The notes under the pieces: model-generated
What the model was told of the DNA's origin: nothing
Database searches by the model: none
Seen by the model: the letters and a program-made list of their open reading frames with translations, nothing else
Shown: positions 61,720 to 64,000 of the stretch, one piece after another
How positions within the stretch are numbered: position 1 is the stretch's first letter
Layout of the letters: each line of letters opens with the position of its first letter
Origin: Squalus acanthias
Lineage: Eukaryota
Assembly (NCBI GenBank): GCA_030390025.1
Contig: CM059431.1
Coordinates: forward strand, 98,334,001-98,398,000
Length of the DNA stretch: 64,000 bases
Direction: 5' to 3'
Position numbers and translations under genes: made by a program

Positions 61720-63661
61720 CTACTTGTGCATTATCTTCCTCTTACGCATGCTCCTACGTGGTGCTTCCCCTGCGGCTTCAGCAGATGTGGAGGCCCCTTG
61801 CTCACTTTCTTGCTGCTCCTGTCTCGACACCTTTGGCGGGCGTCCTCTGGGTTTGCGAACCTGTGAGGGCTCGGCAACAGTCTGCTGCTCCTGCGGCTGT
61901 GCAGGGGATGAGACGCCCATCTCAGTTGGGTGAGGACTCTGGTGGGGCTCTGACCAAGGGCTTTGCAGTGGCATGGTCGTGTGAGCGCTTGGAGAGGAAC
62001 CCCCACTTCCTTGTTGTCTGTCACCAACATCCCTCTCATGGGTCAGCCCCACTTCAGAGCTAGCAAGTGGCTTGACAGCACCTTGCTGCACTTCAGGGGG
62101 GCCATGAGGACCCGTTTCTACACTGGAAGTCCTACTCCAGAGGACTTCCATGAAGGTCTGGTTTCTATGCTCAATAGATGACCATTGCTGCTCAAGAGAT
62201 GCCAGTCTATTCTGAACAATGACCATGTTTTCAACACTCTGGTGACTTAGCTTCTCCATGGCCGTAGCCATCCCCTCCTCTACCGTAGCCATCCTTTCCA
62301 CGGAGGTTGCCATCCTTTCCGTGGTGCTGCGTTCATGCGCCAACGCCTCCACAAAGGCTCTGCTCATGTTCGCGATGGACTCCTCCATTCGCTCCTCACT
62401 CGCAGCGACCCTGGAGACAAAACCTGCAAGAGCCTCCTGCACCTGTTCCTGGAGTTCCAGCACCGCTCTCCTTCTGGATGGACCCGGAGGCACAGGGTCG
62501 ACATGCAGCTGAGCCGAGCTGGGAGAGTCCTGCGCCCTCTGACTCGGACTCTCCACTGCTGTCCCTGTCTCTACCATCTGCTGATGCTCACTTGTGAGCT
62601 GTGATACACCAGGTGACAACACTACTCTATCTCGCGAAGGTCCCACCGAGGTGTGAGTGTCTGCGCTGGTGCTGGGTGCGCTGAATTCTGCTGACGTTAC
62701 GCCCTCAGAGGTTGCAGCTTCCTCTGAGGAGTCTGGAAGCTCAGGCTCTTCCTCCTGGACAGTGGGGACGGGGGCTTTCGATGGTCCTGTGGGGGAGTAA
62801 AGGAAAGAGTTAGACATGTGAGGTAAAGGTTGCATGCACATTGAATTGTGCAGATGATCATAAGTCAATCTGTTAGAGCATTAGAATCATTATCAGTCAC
62901 TCATGCAATGTCAATGAGAGAGATGCCAAACTATTCTGTCACCAGCTTGCTGTGATGCGCCCGTCTGTCCGTCCCCCACTTGCGAATCTTCCTCAACACC
63001 GGCGATTTCCAGGGCCGCCTCCTCCGAGGTGGTGAGCTGGGCTACTGAAGGTGGCCCTCCTCCTGTCCTCGCTCTTTCCCTCTTATTGTGGGCTCTCTTT
63101 TCCTGCAATGAGGGACACAAGTGGAGTTTAAGTGAGAACGAAGGAGTGAGTGTAGAGAATCCATAGCATAGATGCTTAGAAGGAGACAAAGGGCCCTCCC
63201 TGTGTGTTGTAAGTTGTTGTCATTGCATCACAGTGATAGGGAGTGTGAGGGCTGCATGGTCGAATAGTTAAGTGAATGTGACCATAGAGAGAGAGGGAAT
63301 GGGTAAGGGTGCAGGGATCTAAGTGTCAAGTGGGATGTGGAGGAAGAGGTTGGCAAAGCTGAGTGCTGGTGAGGAGAGGCGATGGGGATCAGATGGAGGG
63401 TGATGGGAAAGTCAAACTCACTTTTCCTGTGCGGAGAAGGTCATGAAACCTCTTCCTGCATTGTAGCCAGATTCTGCGGCACATAGACATTGAGTTGACC
63501 TCCTGGGCCACTTGCAGCCACACAGCTTTAGTCTGCTGGGGAGGCTTTTTCCTCCATGAGGAAGGGAAGAGCACCTCCTTATTTGCTCTTGCTCCCTCCA
63601 CCAGAGCTTGCAGGGCGGCGTCATCGAACCTTGGAGCACACTTTGGCCTACTGCTGGACAT
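61720..63661 (-). CDS. Harbinger Myb/SANT-like (trihelix) DNA-binding protein, 3 exons: 63661-63422, 63102-62943, 62786-61720; 488 aa
   Basis: GT-AG introns with matching phases (0 and 1). RFDDAALQALVE...W..VAQEVN...R.W.QCRKRFHDL then EKRAHNKRERARTGGGPP. Central coiled coil, AT-hook KPRGRPPK, basic C-terminus RRSMRKRK; no stops. Confidence 0.85.
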
Positions 63662-64000
63662 AGTTGCTGAATGAAGCGATCACAACAATGGCCATAAAGT
63701 TTGCAGTCTCCAGAAGAAGCAATGCTGCTTGCAGGCCTTAAATCCTGCAGCACTGATGACGTCATCGGAGGCGACTTTCAGGATGAAAACACTAATTGGG
63801 CCAGGGGTTTCCACACGCTGGAAATCAAGTGCCCAATTAGGGGAAAATCGCACTTTTTTCCCACTTCACATCGGAGTCAGGATCCTGACATGAAAACCAC
63901 CTGACACGCCCCCAACCCGCCCCCAATGGCAAAATCTAGCCCTCTATCTCTTTCATCATCCAGGGATCTCTGACTTTAGTTGCCCTGCCTTTCCCCTTAG

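Larger units (their letters stand above)
60710..63942. mobile_element. PIF/Harbinger DNA transposon, 3233 bp, transposase-deleted, Myb/SANT-like gene retained
   Basis: TIR GGGCTCGATTTTGCCA / TGGCAAAATCTAGCCC (15 of 16 match). TSD TCT at 60707-60709 and 63943-63945. Two convergent gene units. Confidence 0.92.

Overview
Repeat-dominated vertebrate genomic DNA. The repertoire (CR1 and L2 LINEs, Deu-domain tRNA-SINEs, a Penelope relic, Harbinger elements) suggests a cartilaginous fish, which is an inference. I could not support any host protein-coding gene, and most long ORFs are artefacts of tandem repeats. Main contents: (1) a near full-length but disrupted CR1 LINE (about 12700-18000) and a 5'-truncated L2 LINE (8186-10910); (2) many CR1/L2 3' fragments and two SINE families whose tails match LINEs in the window; (3) eight SINE copies carrying internal 33-bp hairpin-unit arrays, plus 51-, 31-, 26- and 67-bp arrays also derived from retroelement sequence; (4) several TIR MITEs with 3-bp or TA target-site duplications; (5) a 3.2-kb PIF/Harbinger element (60710-63942) whose transposase has lost its core, while its 3-exon Myb/SANT-like gene (488 aa predicted, with coiled coil, AT-hook and basic tail) is fully open. 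Family names come from recalled motifs, not database searches, and boundaries of degraded copies are approximate.
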